Below are positions 1 through 9,422 of a stretch of 64,000 bases of DNA, piece after piece. This DNA is from Chitinophagales bacterium. GTDB taxonomy: Bacteria > Bacteroidota > Bacteroidia > Chitinophagales > LD1. The translations under genes and the position numbers were made by a program. Numbering within the stretch: position 1 is the first letter of the stretch; each line of letters starts with the position of its first letter. The notes beneath the pieces are model-generated. The model worked only from the letters and a program-made list of their open reading frames with translations, was not told the origin of the DNA and did no database searches. The stretch lies in assembly GCA_046329515.1 (NCBI GenBank), contig JAXLUM010000002.1, positions 1,039,113-1,103,112 of the forward strand. Reading direction: 5' to 3'.

Positions 1-1
1 G

Positions 2-583
2 ACAGGATACGCCTTTATAATAACTGACGGAGGCTCTGAGGACGCTACCTGTAAAATTGCCAAGCAAGCAGGAATACCGGTGCTTGAAAGACCTGGAATG
101 GGCAAGGGTGCTGGTGTTAAACAGGCTATACAGTATGCACACACTAATAATTTTACCCACTTAGTTACAATTGATTGCGATTTGACCTACCCGGTAGACC
201 GCATACACGACCTTGTTGAGGCCGCAAAAGACAAAGACATGGTAATTGCAGCGCGCAACATGCAAAAAATAAAATGGCTTAATAGGCAGGCTAACTATCT
301 TTTTACCTTTGCCATTAACCTGCTTTATGGAGGCTATTTTCATGACACACAATCCGGTATGCGCATTATTAAATTAGAAGCATTCAATGGCCTGGTGACA
401 GTTGACAACTTTGACATTGAAACGGAGTTAAGCTGCAAAGCACTGGCGCTAAAACTTAAGGTAGGCGAAATACAGGTTGGTTATTATGACAGAATCGGAG
501 AAAGCAAGGTTAGCATTACCGATGCCTTTGTGATTCTCTATCGCATATTCTATTGCCTCTTTACTTCGCCGAAAACGAAATAG
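2..583 (+). CDS. Family 2 glycosyltransferase, polyprenyl-phosphate sugar synthase (Dpm1)-like; 5' end cut by window edge
   Basis: The frame stays open from nt 2 (TGYAFIITDGGSEDAT...), so the DxGSxD-type motif lies upstream of the Met at nt 80. Also has DCDLTYP and a general GT-A/GT2 appearance. Confidence 0.7.
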   Translation, partial: TGYAFIITDGGSEDATCKIAKQAGIPVLERPGMGKGAGVKQAIQYAHTNNFTHLVTIDCDLTYPVDRIHDLVEAAKDKDMVIAARNMQKIKWLNRQANYLFTFAINLLYGGYFHDTQSGMRIIKLEAFNGLVTVDNFDIETELSCKALALKLKVGEIQVGYYDRIGESKVSITDAFVILYRIFYCLFTSPKTK

Positions 584-1226
584 GCAAAAAACCTTGAGGA
601 AGCGCTGTTGATTGCCCACCCAGCAATTCCTGCAAAAAGCGCCCGCACATAGGATGGTGTAATTCATCTTTGGAATAAAAGATTTCGGGCGCCGCAACTT
701 TGCCGGTTCTGCTTATAGCCCTTCGTAGCCGTTCAGAAGATTTAAAAAAAGAATACCTGTCAGATTTTAACAGATGTCGGTCATTCTCCAAGGCCGTAAG
801 TGAGTATCCGAAATTTTCGTCAAAAAAATCCGCCACCGTATTCCCGGGAACGGTGGAAGAAGCTGCTGTTTTAAACTGGAGGTAAACAAAAAATAAATCA
901 GAAACAGTAAGGGCTGCATAAACAGGCACAAAAGACGATTGATATTCCGCAGGGCCCATGAAAATATTTGTTTCAAACGAACGCTCGGACCAATCGATAT
1001 TGGTAAGGTAAACAAGTCCGCACTTGATACCGTTCTGCACAACTAGAAAATATAAATTTTGTTCCGATTGAATTTTTTTAAACCAAGCCATTTGTTGTTC
1101 GGCACTGATGTTTTCGGTGGTAAAAAGCCGGTTATTTACCTGTGGGGAGTTACGCCATTGGCGCACCAATTCAATGTCCCGTTCCGACAAAAGTTGTAAC
1201 TGAAGGCCTAATTGGCGGATATACAT
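561..1226 (-). CDS. GNAT-family N-acetyltransferase (PseH/WecD-like sugar N-acetyltransferase candidate)
   Basis: The N-terminal LSERDIELVRQWRNSPQV motif is typical of PseH-like GNATs. It is the last gene of the long minus-strand operon. Its 3' end overlaps the convergent GT2 by 23 nt. Confidence 0.55.
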   Translation of the reverse strand: MYIRQLGLQLQLLSERDIELVRQWRNSPQVNNRLFTTENISAEQQMAWFKKIQSEQNLYFLVVQNGIKCGLVYLTNIDWSERSFETNIFMGPAEYQSSFVPVYAALTVSDLFFVYLQFKTAASSTVPGNTVADFFDENFGYSLTALENDRHLLKSDRYSFFKSSERLRRAISRTGKVAAPEIFYSKDELHHPMCGRFLQELLGGQSTALPQGFLPISFSAK

Positions 1227-1227
1227 G

Positions 1228-2622
1228 CTATTTGAATTTTACCGAGCCGAACGCCAGCGGTAAGTAAAAACGAACAGTGTTTTTCAAAAAACACAGATTC
1301 TTAAATAATGGCAAGTACCCAACTAAGGTGCGCGGCGAAAAATAAAACTTGAAATAAGCTTTACGGTAAATACGATCCAATTGCGCTCGGCTAATATTGC
1401 CCGGAACATAGACAGGTAACTCCACCTCGCTGCGCATGTATTGTTGCCAAACGTCCGACGAAACTTTACCTTCCTGCACTGCTATTTTAAAAACCTCAAC
1501 ATCCGGCAAAGGAATCATTCGCGTAAAAAGAATGTTGAAGGGCCGCAACTTCATAGCTAGGTTTATAGTCGCCTCCATATCCTGTAAGGTTTCGCCGGGG
1601 TGGCCAAAAATGAAATTGGCCATAGTTTTAATTCCCAACTCGCGGCATAGATCAAACACCTCTTTATAGCGATGATTACTTATTTTTTTGCCCGTTAACG
1701 AGCGTACCTTTTCTGAACCACTCTCCACTCCAAAAGTTATTTTACTGCATCCAGCAGCCTTCATTTGTTTCAGTAATTCCGCATCTACTTTATCGGCACG
1801 CGTTTCGCAGCCCCACTCAAAGTAAAGGCCTTCGGCTTTAATAGCAGCGCACAATTCAAGTATGTGTCGCTTATTAACGGTAAAGGTGAGGTCCATAAAT
1901 TCCACCCATCTTACACCTAAATCTTTTACCAAAAAGCGAAGGCGGGCCATAATGTTTTCGATACTTAAATATCTGTAGTTCATTTGAAAGCCTGAGGCAC
2001 AAAAGTTACACTTATAGGGGCACCCCCTAGTAGTAAATAGCATCATGTAACGACTACTAGTACTGGCAGAGTAATACTTTCCAATGGGTAACAAATCGAA
2101 GGCTGGAATAGGCAGCAAGTTAATGTCACGAATGAAGGCGGGCTCATTTATGATTAGTTTTCCCTTCACATTAATAACTAAACCCTCTAAATCCGAAAGC
2201 ACTTCCTTTCCGGCTTTGATATGTTGGAGCAATCGTGTGAAAGAAAAATCGGCATCACCTCTAAAGCCGTAATCAGCATTTAAATGAGAGACTGCCTTAG
2301 GGTCGGCATTCACATAGTATCCTTCTAAAACAATTTTACTTGATGAAATTTCTTTAATAAATTGTATCAACTTATAAGCGTCAGGCAAGGTGGAAGGGAA
2401 AACGCTTATACAAACCACCGCTGGCCGATGTTGCTGAACCATTCGGGCAATTGTGGCATTATCCGTACCTTCTGCAGCGGGCTCAATAATTTTAACCATT
2501 AAACCTGCTGCGCGGGAAACTGCGGCCCATTCAGCAAGCTTTACATATGGCGAAACGCCCACAAGGTCGCGAGGATTAATAAAAAGGCAGTCTAATTGCT
2601 GCATATCAAAATTCATTAACAA
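1228..2622 (-). CDS. B12-binding (class B) radical SAM enzyme
   Basis: CPYKCNFC (CxxxCxxC 4Fe-4S/SAM motif) preceded by an N-terminal Rossmann-like region of about 150 aa, as in cobalamin-binding domains. An alternative ATG at 2604 would sit 1 nt after the upstream stop. Confidence 0.8.
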   Translation of the reverse strand: MLMNFDMQQLDCLFINPRDLVGVSPYVKLAEWAAVSRAAGLMVKIIEPAAEGTDNATIARMVQQHRPAVVCISVFPSTLPDAYKLIQFIKEISSSKIVLEGYYVNADPKAVSHLNADYGFRGDADFSFTRLLQHIKAGKEVLSDLEGLVINVKGKLIINEPAFIRDINLLPIPAFDLLPIGKYYSASTSSRYMMLFTTRGCPYKCNFCASGFQMNYRYLSIENIMARLRFLVKDLGVRWVEFMDLTFTVNKRHILELCAAIKAEGLYFEWGCETRADKVDAELLKQMKAAGCSKITFGVESGSEKVRSLTGKKISNHRYKEVFDLCRELGIKTMANFIFGHPGETLQDMEATINLAMKLRPFNILFTRMIPLPDVEVFKIAVQEGKVSSDVWQQYMRSEVELPVYVPGNISRAQLDRIYRKAYFKFYFSPRTLVGYLPLFKNLCFLKNTVRFYLPLAFGSVKFK

Positions 2623-3346
2623 TAATACTTCCGTCCAAAAGTGAGCGCATTAAACTCATTGTATCGTGCCCGTACGTTCTATTCATGCGCAAGAACAATT
2701 TAATCAATTTTAAGTTGCTGTATTTACTTTTATGGACTGCTGTCGAGCTAACTTTATAAAAAAGAGGTTCTTTCCCGCAGGCTTTTATCAATTCTATATC
2801 CAAATGTTCGGGAAGATAAAGCCTGTACCTTGTTGCCTGCCATAAACCCGACTTTATCAAACGGAAAGAAGAGCCTGAAGCCGCAAGCCTTCGGCCCGTA
2901 GTTCTTTGAATAAGGCGGTGAACTGCGCGGCTGCCTAATCTTCTCAAAGTCCCGTAGGCGGGCTTTTCGAAGCTGCCATAGGACAAAGAAACATGCTTGC
3001 CTGATTCAAAAAACGGAGCAATGAAAGAAGGTGGGGGGTTAAAATCATCATCTATGGTTAACAGGTATTGGCCCCTTGCCTTTTGCAGACCGACGATAGT
3101 GGCTGCATATTGACCCTTGTTGCCGACGAGATTTAAACACCGGAATGATCCGCCAGAGTTAGCATGCATTTCCGCTAAAAGCGGCCAGGTATTATCAACC
3201 GAGGCGTCATTGACAAGAATGAGTTCTGCCCCTTCGGGGATCGTTTTAAGTGAAGCAATGGCTTCTTTTACCCAATGCTGAATACGGTTACCTGCATTAT
3301 AAACTGGCACCACAACACTTAATACCGGGTTAACATTTAGGCTCAT
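2606..3346 (-). CDS. Family 2 glycosyltransferase
   Basis: VVVPVYNAG ... LVNDASVDNT ... TIDDD motifs. The likely start is the ATG at 3346, which overlaps the upstream TAA by 1 nt (TAATG). Confidence 0.8.
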   Translation of the reverse strand: MSLNVNPVLSVVVPVYNAGNRIQHWVKEAIASLKTIPEGAELILVNDASVDNTWPLLAEMHANSGGSFRCLNLVGNKGQYAATIVGLQKARGQYLLTIDDDFNPPPSFIAPFFESGKHVSLSYGSFEKPAYGTLRRLGSRAVHRLIQRTTGRRLAASGSSFRLIKSGLWQATRYRLYLPEHLDIELIKACGKEPLFYKVSSTAVHKSKYSNLKLIKLFLRMNRTYGHDTMSLMRSLLDGSIIVNEF

Positions 3347-4398
3347 TAAATTTCCAATAGGGGGGTACAACAAAGTTTGTCTACGGGGATAATTGCCGAG
3401 GCAGCCGAAAGCCCTACGCCAAAACCTGCCAAAAGCAGGGTACCCTGTAAATCCGACAGATTTGACCGCAAAGCTGTTATCATGGTTAATGGTATGGATG
3501 CAGAGCTGGTGTTGCCAAAATTAGTAAGCGAGTAGGGAAACTTTTCTTCGGGTATTTTGATTTTTTTACGAAGCGATTCGCAGATAATGCGATTCGCCTG
3601 ATGAAAAACAAAATAGTCTATTGCATCAGTAGGCAAGCTGGCAAAGGTCAAAAGGGACTCTATGTTTTTAACAACACTGCGAAGCGAGAATTCCAAAACC
3701 TTTTGCCCGTTCATATGCGCATGAAGCGAGGTCCTTCTTATTCCTTTTGCCTGACTTTCTTCTTCTAACGAAGATGTTGAGGCAGGCTTACGCGCCCCGC
3801 CCTCCGGTATTATAATAGCATCATAACCATCACCAAATGTTTCAAGGTTAAAGTAAACGCTTCCTGCCGAAGATGAGGCTTCTATTGCTGTGGCAGTACC
3901 AGCATCCCCAATAAGAGGGTAAGTAGATTTGTCGCTATAAGAAACAATGTGCGATGTTTCTCCACAAAGTAACAAGGCCTTTTGCCAACCATACAGTTGA
4001 AGGTATGCCTGAATAGCACTTAAACCATAAACAAAGCCCGAACAACCAAGGTGCAGATCAAATGCTGCACATGAATTCGAAAGCCCTAGCTGTTCTTGTA
4101 TGGCAGCAGCGCCAAAAGGTACAAGATAATCTGGCGTTTGGGTAACAAAAATCAGTAATTCAATTTCTGAAAATGACCAATCCAAATCTTTTACTAGTCT
4201 TTTTGCCGCAATAACACACATATCAGAAGCAGTTAGTCCTAGTGGCGCTTTGCGCAGTGATATTACTCCTACATGCTTTTGGAAATCCTTTCTTTCTGCT
4301 TCTGACGAAAAAGGGTACATAGTTGTATCAAACACTTGGGAAGGTACGGCGGCTGCCGCACCGATAATCTGTATTCCCTTTCCGCGCGCCAAAGGCAT
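3346..4398 (-). CDS. 3-oxoacyl-ACP synthase III (FabH/KASIII-like)
   Basis: Cys-His-Asn triad context: HLGCSGFVYGL, FHQANRII, FGNTSSASIP. TAATG overlap with the ACP gene. Confidence 0.85.
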   Translation of the reverse strand: MPLARGKGIQIIGAAAAVPSQVFDTTMYPFSSEAERKDFQKHVGVISLRKAPLGLTASDMCVIAAKRLVKDLDWSFSEIELLIFVTQTPDYLVPFGAAAIQEQLGLSNSCAAFDLHLGCSGFVYGLSAIQAYLQLYGWQKALLLCGETSHIVSYSDKSTYPLIGDAGTATAIEASSSAGSVYFNLETFGDGYDAIIIPEGGARKPASTSSLEEESQAKGIRRTSLHAHMNGQKVLEFSLRSVVKNIESLLTFASLPTDAIDYFVFHQANRIICESLRKKIKIPEEKFPYSLTNFGNTSSASIPLTMITALRSNLSDLQGTLLLAGFGVGLSAASAIIPVDKLCCTPLLEI

Positions 4399-4634
4399 TA
4401 GTCTGAAATTTTATGGTTAATAAGCGCTGTCAGATCGGCAATGGTTTCAGCCGTTTTCATCTCTTCCGGCGATATAAACACGCCAAACTCAAATTCAATC
4501 ATGGTAGTTACCACTACCGCGTTTATAGAGTTCCAGTTTAGCTTGTCCCGAAACTTTGAATCTGTTCTCAAAGAGTTTTTAGGTAAATCGTCAAACTCTA
4601 GTTCAATTTTTTCTATTAATTGCTCGCTATTCAT
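4398..4634 (-). CDS. Acyl carrier protein
   Basis: 78 aa and acidic, four-helix ACP size. The LNWNSINAV motif sits where the DSL phosphopantetheine serine is expected. Sandwiched between the adenylating enzyme and KASIII. Confidence 0.7.
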   Translation of the reverse strand: MNSEQLIEKIELEFDDLPKNSLRTDSKFRDKLNWNSINAVVVTTMIEFEFGVFISPEEMKTAETIADLTALINHKISD

Positions 4635-4635
4635 A

Positions 4636-6126
4636 TCATTCTTTTATGTCTAATCTTTCAGACTCCTTTAACCGCTTCAATAACTCCTCGCGTTTCATCT
4701 TATAGGAAATGGTAAGCGGTATTGAGTCTCTAAAAGGAAAAATGTAAATGCGCTCTATTTTTTCCGCAGCCTGTAAATTTTTATTACATTTAATTACCCA
4801 AGCTGCGGCCTCCTGTTTTTTAGATTCATCTACATTGTTTAACCATAATAAGGCGCTTAACTTTTGCTCCTCATCGCAACAAACAATAGCGCTATTTACC
4901 TCATTACATTCCATTAGTTTATGTTCAATAAGCTCAGGCAAGATATATAAGCCGTGGGGCCCTTTTAGGATGTTTTTTTTTCTGCCGCATATGGTCAGGT
5001 ACCCTTCAGAGTCTAAAGAAACAATATCGCCTGTTCTAAGATAACCATCTTGTGTGAGTAACTCGGTTGTTGCCGGCTCATTATTTTTATATCCTGTTGT
5101 GTTATTTGGAGCCTTGCATAGCAATTCGCCGTCTGCCTCAATCCGGATGTTTACTTCTTTGGCAACTTGGCCAACAGTACCTGTTTTTTTTGTACCGTAG
5201 TCGTTAAAACTAATTAGGGAAGCTGTTTCTGTTAACCCGTAAACCTCGTATATTATAATTCCCTTTTCCTCAAAGAAAGCACTAGTTGAAGGCGCTAGGG
5301 ATGCACCACCACATATAATAGCCTTTAAAAAACTCGGAAAAATCCCTGTCTCCAAAACCTGGTTCTGAATTTTACGCAATAGAAAGGGTGCCACTGCCAT
5401 GACATCTGGCTTGTAGAAGAGCAGAGATTCCAACTCATTTTGTAAAGGGCTTGGATAACAAATGGTGATACCATTTGCTTTGTAACTGTAATTCAATTTT
5501 CGTTCTCCACTAAAGGAAACGGGCAACAAACTTAGTGCTTTATTGCAATCTTGGAAAAAGCGGGCTTTGGAAAATACGTTAATAGCACTCAGCCAGTTAT
5601 TTCTGCTAAGAATGACACCCTTGGAAACACCCGCGCTACCAGATGTATATATTATTGTTTGTGTGCTTTCCCCTGGTAGTGTCGGCAACCTAAAGCTTTT
5701 CGTTAAAAAAAAAGAAGACTGATATAGGCTATTTAGACCATGTGTACTATGGATAAGAAACATCTCTGACTTAATAGCCGCACTCGTTACTATTTTGCCC
5801 ACTATTCGATAAACGAATTCGTAACCTATAAGAATTAGCTGTGGTTTGTTGTCAGAAATTACTATTCGCATCAAGTCCGCCTCTGCCAGAGGAGGTAAGG
5901 AAACATGCACACTTCCGGACCAATAGCACGCCGCATCAATGATATCCCAATCCGGCCCGTTGGGCAAAATAGTAAGAATGCAGGACACTTTCCTTTCCAT
6001 AAACCCTGCAGCCAAGGCCTGAGCATAAAAACGAAACTCATCGTAATGCATAGACTGTGGTTCTGCGTTACGGAAAAAACGCAGCATAGCACTTTGTCCA
6101 TATTCATTAGCGTAAAGCGTGTTCAT
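4636..6126 (-). CDS. AMP-dependent synthetase/ligase (fatty acyl-AMP or acyl-ACP ligase-like)
   Basis: Adenylation motifs IIYTSGSAGVSKGV, EVYGLTET, LRTGDIV and GRKKNILK. Confidence 0.85.
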   Translation of the reverse strand: MNTLYANEYGQSAMLRFFRNAEPQSMHYDEFRFYAQALAAGFMERKVSCILTILPNGPDWDIIDAACYWSGSVHVSLPPLAEADLMRIVISDNKPQLILIGYEFVYRIVGKIVTSAAIKSEMFLIHSTHGLNSLYQSSFFLTKSFRLPTLPGESTQTIIYTSGSAGVSKGVILSRNNWLSAINVFSKARFFQDCNKALSLLPVSFSGERKLNYSYKANGITICYPSPLQNELESLLFYKPDVMAVAPFLLRKIQNQVLETGIFPSFLKAIICGGASLAPSTSAFFEEKGIIIYEVYGLTETASLISFNDYGTKKTGTVGQVAKEVNIRIEADGELLCKAPNNTTGYKNNEPATTELLTQDGYLRTGDIVSLDSEGYLTICGRKKNILKGPHGLYILPELIEHKLMECNEVNSAIVCCDEEQKLSALLWLNNVDESKKQEAAAWVIKCNKNLQAAEKIERIYIFPFRDSIPLTISYKMKREELLKRLKESERLDIKE

Positions 6127-6128
6127 GT

Positions 6129-7856
6129 TTAATTACTATTTAAGTCAGGATGTCTTTTAATAATATAGTAACTATATGCTTGGTTTCCCCACAAAAATGG
6201 ATTTTTGTAAGAGCGCAGAACACTTTTATTATAAACAGGACAAAAGTTAATGGTGTCATTGTAAAAAAAAACATTCCAGCGGTGTAAAAAGGAAATATTG
6301 TAGGTGTTGTAGATAAATACAACCTGATCTGATTTTTCATTAAGACAATTCAAAATTTTATTTGAGTTAGCAGATCCGCATTTATTGGTCCAGTAATCTA
6401 TGTTGGACTTAAAATGCCTGGATATATAATGAAATGGAAGGACGTATTGATTTTCTTTATTTAGATTTGGAACACAAAATGGGCCTGTGTCTACAAAATA
6501 GGCAGTATATAGGTCAAATAAAATTATTTTATGATTAAAAGAATTTAGCTCCGCTATAAATTTTTGTTTCTGAATCTTGTCTGCCATAAGAAGTTCGCTC
6601 ATCTTTATACAAGCCTTTGCGCGATAAGCGGAGAAACAACATAGGGGAATGACCAATACTACTATATAGATGGACTTCCACTTTTTATTGCTCCAGGCGG
6701 CAAACGTATAAAGATTAAAAACTGTAAGAATAAGTAAATAAGGCCCCAATAAACGATCTTCCATCTTTGCAATTAAAGCAATCAGTAATATTAAAACCCC
6801 AGCTAGTAACCATAAAACTGATAATAATACTGTTTTACGCAAGCCCAACAAAATCGGGCCGAATGCCACAATAAGTACTAGATTTATCATGAAAAGAACA
6901 ATCTCCTTATATAACCAGTTAAAGCATGATTGTCTTCCTTGGTACCTGTCCGCGAATTGAATGAGGTTAAGTGTTTTAAAGTATAGAAACTGTTTGACTT
7001 CAAAATTGTGGGGTTGGGCGTAAAGGTTATGCAGCCAATCTTCTGTTAAAATATCGGCATCAAAATGATTCCAGGTAGTGATGGCTTCAAGCTTCAATTG
7101 TGTAGCAGGATCCTTAATGTCCGAAGAAATTGGCAAAATATAGGCATCTTGTATAAGAGATTCATAAAAAGAGAACTTTCCGAAGTCAATAGTTTCAGAT
7201 GTAGGTAAGGCCCATTTTAACACATTGGACATAAATAGCGGGAGGATTACTACGGGTAATAACCTCTGGATAATAGCCTTTTTGTTTTGGAACCATAACG
7301 CTACCAAAGTAAGAGAGGAAGCTAACAATAGAGTTATGACAGCGATTTCCAGACGGGTTAATAGGCCTAGTAATATACATAAACCTATATAAAGCGCAAA
7401 TGCGGGACCCAGTCTAAACACCATGAGCAAAGTAGCACTGCCAGTGAGCAGACACGCAGCAGTAGTGAAGGTGTTACGCATTATAAACTCCTGCATAAAA
7501 CCACAGAACACCAGAACTCCTGGAACCAGTTGCCACAGGCGCTTTGGTTTTAAAAAAACTAAAAAATTATATGTTACATAAACAAGATTGCAATAGGACA
7601 TTGCTAATAATAAGAAAAGGAAAAAACCATACCAAGATACACCGGGGACTGTCTTATAAAGGCCAATTAGAATAAAAGACAATCCTATAAAATAATCGGG
7701 ATTTAGGACATGTTTAGGCTCGTAGATGCCTGCCATCAAATTAGCCATTAAAGTATCGTCCAGCCACCCAACATACAAACCGGTGCGTAATGAGAAGATA
7801 AGCGAAAACAATATACACCCCCCCAAAAAATAGACGTACCTGAATTTTATTGGCAT
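6129..7856 (-). CDS. Large polytopic membrane protein with C-terminal soluble domain (GT-C-like architecture, function unknown)
   Basis: About 400 aa of repeated hydrophobic helices followed by a Cys/Asn-rich soluble tail of about 170 aa. AT-rich codon usage. Confidence 0.4.
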   Translation of the reverse strand: MPIKFRYVYFLGGCILFSLIFSLRTGLYVGWLDDTLMANLMAGIYEPKHVLNPDYFIGLSFILIGLYKTVPGVSWYGFFLFLLLAMSYCNLVYVTYNFLVFLKPKRLWQLVPGVLVFCGFMQEFIMRNTFTTAACLLTGSATLLMVFRLGPAFALYIGLCILLGLLTRLEIAVITLLLASSLTLVALWFQNKKAIIQRLLPVVILPLFMSNVLKWALPTSETIDFGKFSFYESLIQDAYILPISSDIKDPATQLKLEAITTWNHFDADILTEDWLHNLYAQPHNFEVKQFLYFKTLNLIQFADRYQGRQSCFNWLYKEIVLFMINLVLIVAFGPILLGLRKTVLLSVLWLLAGVLILLIALIAKMEDRLLGPYLLILTVFNLYTFAAWSNKKWKSIYIVVLVIPLCCFSAYRAKACIKMSELLMADKIQKQKFIAELNSFNHKIILFDLYTAYFVDTGPFCVPNLNKENQYVLPFHYISRHFKSNIDYWTNKCGSANSNKILNCLNEKSDQVVFIYNTYNISFLHRWNVFFYNDTINFCPVYNKSVLRSYKNPFLWGNQAYSYYIIKRHPDLNSN

Positions 7857-7875
7857 AAAGCCAAAATAGTAAGGT

Positions 7876-9204
7876 TCATGACAAAATGAAACTAGGCAAG
7901 CTGTGATTTGCCCCTCTCAGAAATCTTTTTAACTCAGCTTGCTGAAGTTTAAAACTAAAGATAACAAGAACAAGGGGATAGATGAAATTGAGAAAATAGA
8001 CAAGCGGATGAATATGGCCGCTCATAGATATGCCATCTCTTGTTTGAAGGATATTGTAAACTATCCAGGGTTGACGGCCAGCCTCCGAAACTACGCCGCC
8101 TATAATAGATACTAATTGGACCAGTATATATGAGCCTATTGATAAGGTAAAAACGCGCCTATAATTACCACGCCTCACCAAAACGCAGGACCACGCCCAA
8201 AGTCCTAGCAATACTACCCAGCCCAATAGCATTGCCCTAAAGCAATAAAACACTACTGCCACATTAGGTTTGTCTTCAGATTTAAAGCTGTTTAGGGGTC
8301 TCAGTGGAGTAAAGCTTGCATTCATTTTCTGTTCAATAAAGGCAGGCAGGTGAATACCCAACGTAATCGTCAATGTTTCATCAGTTGTAGCCATTAGATA
8401 ATAATGAGGAGGTTCCGAAGACGAATAATAACCTTCAATAGCACTGGCCTTGGCAGGCTGGTATTGGGCTATAATATCAAACTGTATATGCCCAAGTATT
8501 GGCTGTAAAAATAAGCAAACGAATATAAGGCCGAGGTATGTTCTGATCAGAGTCGATGCGCCTTGAGCACGCACCTCTTTTTGCCCCACCCTTGCCAGTA
8601 CCGTACAATAAAAAGCAAAACCGGCTATCAGCCCACCTGTATACAGATGAGCAAGTTTGGGAATACAGGAGGCATTTAAAATAAAATTCCTTAGGCTGAC
8701 AATATGAACAGAGAGTCCAGCTGGAGTATTCGTAAATACAGTGCCGGCCGGTGTATGCATCCAAGCGTTTACAATAAGAGTCCATGCGCTAAAGCAAATT
8801 GAGAAAATGAAAAGCACTAACACAATAAATATGCTAAGGCCTAGGGGCAATACTGGTTCGCGTAAGAGAAAGAACAACAAAAAAGCCGTTCCGAAAAAGG
8901 AAACAAGGGCAATACGGCCAAACGGGTGGTTAATTAAGGGCCCCAAAACATGCTCAGCTGCCGACCAGTTTTCGCCCAATTGTAAATCAAGTACGATTCC
9001 GGAGAAGGTTGCAATGCAGAATTGAATAGTGTAAAGTTTTACAAAAAGAGAGAATAAACCATGGTGGCCTTCGCCGGGTCTGCGGCGAGTGAAGATGGCA
9101 AGCACCAATAATCCTATTGCGCTGCCCGGTAACGCAGCAGTTAATGCTTGATGAATGGCGAGGCTGCTTCCGAACAGAGAACGAGCCAAAATCTCCTTAT
9201 CCAC
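7876..9204 (-). CDS. Cytochrome bd ubiquinol oxidase subunit I (CydA)-like protein, orphan (no cydB)
   Basis: GRQPWIVY signature, N-terminal His (LAIHQAL), KLAHLYTGG His context, and the QPAKASAIEGYY Q-loop Lys/Glu motif. 442 aa, so a short Q-loop. Confidence 0.7.
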   Translation of the reverse strand: MDKEILARSLFGSSLAIHQALTAALPGSAIGLLVLAIFTRRRPGEGHHGLFSLFVKLYTIQFCIATFSGIVLDLQLGENWSAAEHVLGPLINHPFGRIALVSFFGTAFLLFFLLREPVLPLGLSIFIVLVLFIFSICFSAWTLIVNAWMHTPAGTVFTNTPAGLSVHIVSLRNFILNASCIPKLAHLYTGGLIAGFAFYCTVLARVGQKEVRAQGASTLIRTYLGLIFVCLFLQPILGHIQFDIIAQYQPAKASAIEGYYSSSEPPHYYLMATTDETLTITLGIHLPAFIEQKMNASFTPLRPLNSFKSEDKPNVAVVFYCFRAMLLGWVVLLGLWAWSCVLVRRGNYRRVFTLSIGSYILVQLVSIIGGVVSEAGRQPWIVYNILQTRDGISMSGHIHPLVYFLNFIYPLVLVIFSFKLQQAELKRFLRGANHSLPSFILS

Positions 9205-9421
9205 TTTGTTTATTGAATCTATCGTAAACTATATATACGGCCACAAAAAAAACCGCGCACAACCCCAGTTTCACTATGCGTATGACACCCTCGTTTTGAT
9301 GCTGTAGTATAAAGCGCAATAGAGAAAAAACAAGTGCCAATAAAACGGTGATGCGTAATACAGCATCCGCCAAATTCCTTTCGGCAACCTCACTAAATTC
9401 CCTCAGTAACTTTTTAAGCAT
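9197..9421 (-). CDS. Small two-helix membrane protein
   Basis: The internal ATG at 9421 lies 1 nt after the upstream stop. Two hydrophobic helices. Its end overlaps the CydA-like start by 8 nt. Confidence 0.4.
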   Translation of the reverse strand: MLKKLLREFSEVAERNLADAVLRITVLLALVFSLLRFILQHQNEGVIRIVKLGLCAVFFVAVYIVYDRFNKQSG

Positions 9422-9422
9422 T

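Noticed and set aside
3346-6126. Flexirubin or aryl-polyene type pigment cluster (FabH-like, ACP and ligase in Bacteroidota)
   Set aside because: The locus lacks ammonia-lyase, chain-elongating KS/CLF, dehydratase and reductase genes, and DarA-like genes. The context is polysaccharide export rather than pigment lipid assembly.
7876-9204. A complete cytochrome bd oxidase operon
   Set aside because: No CydB-like ORF (about 340-380 aa, 8-9 TM helices) or cydDC is present on either side. Only subunit I-like features are seen, so I did not call it an oxidase.
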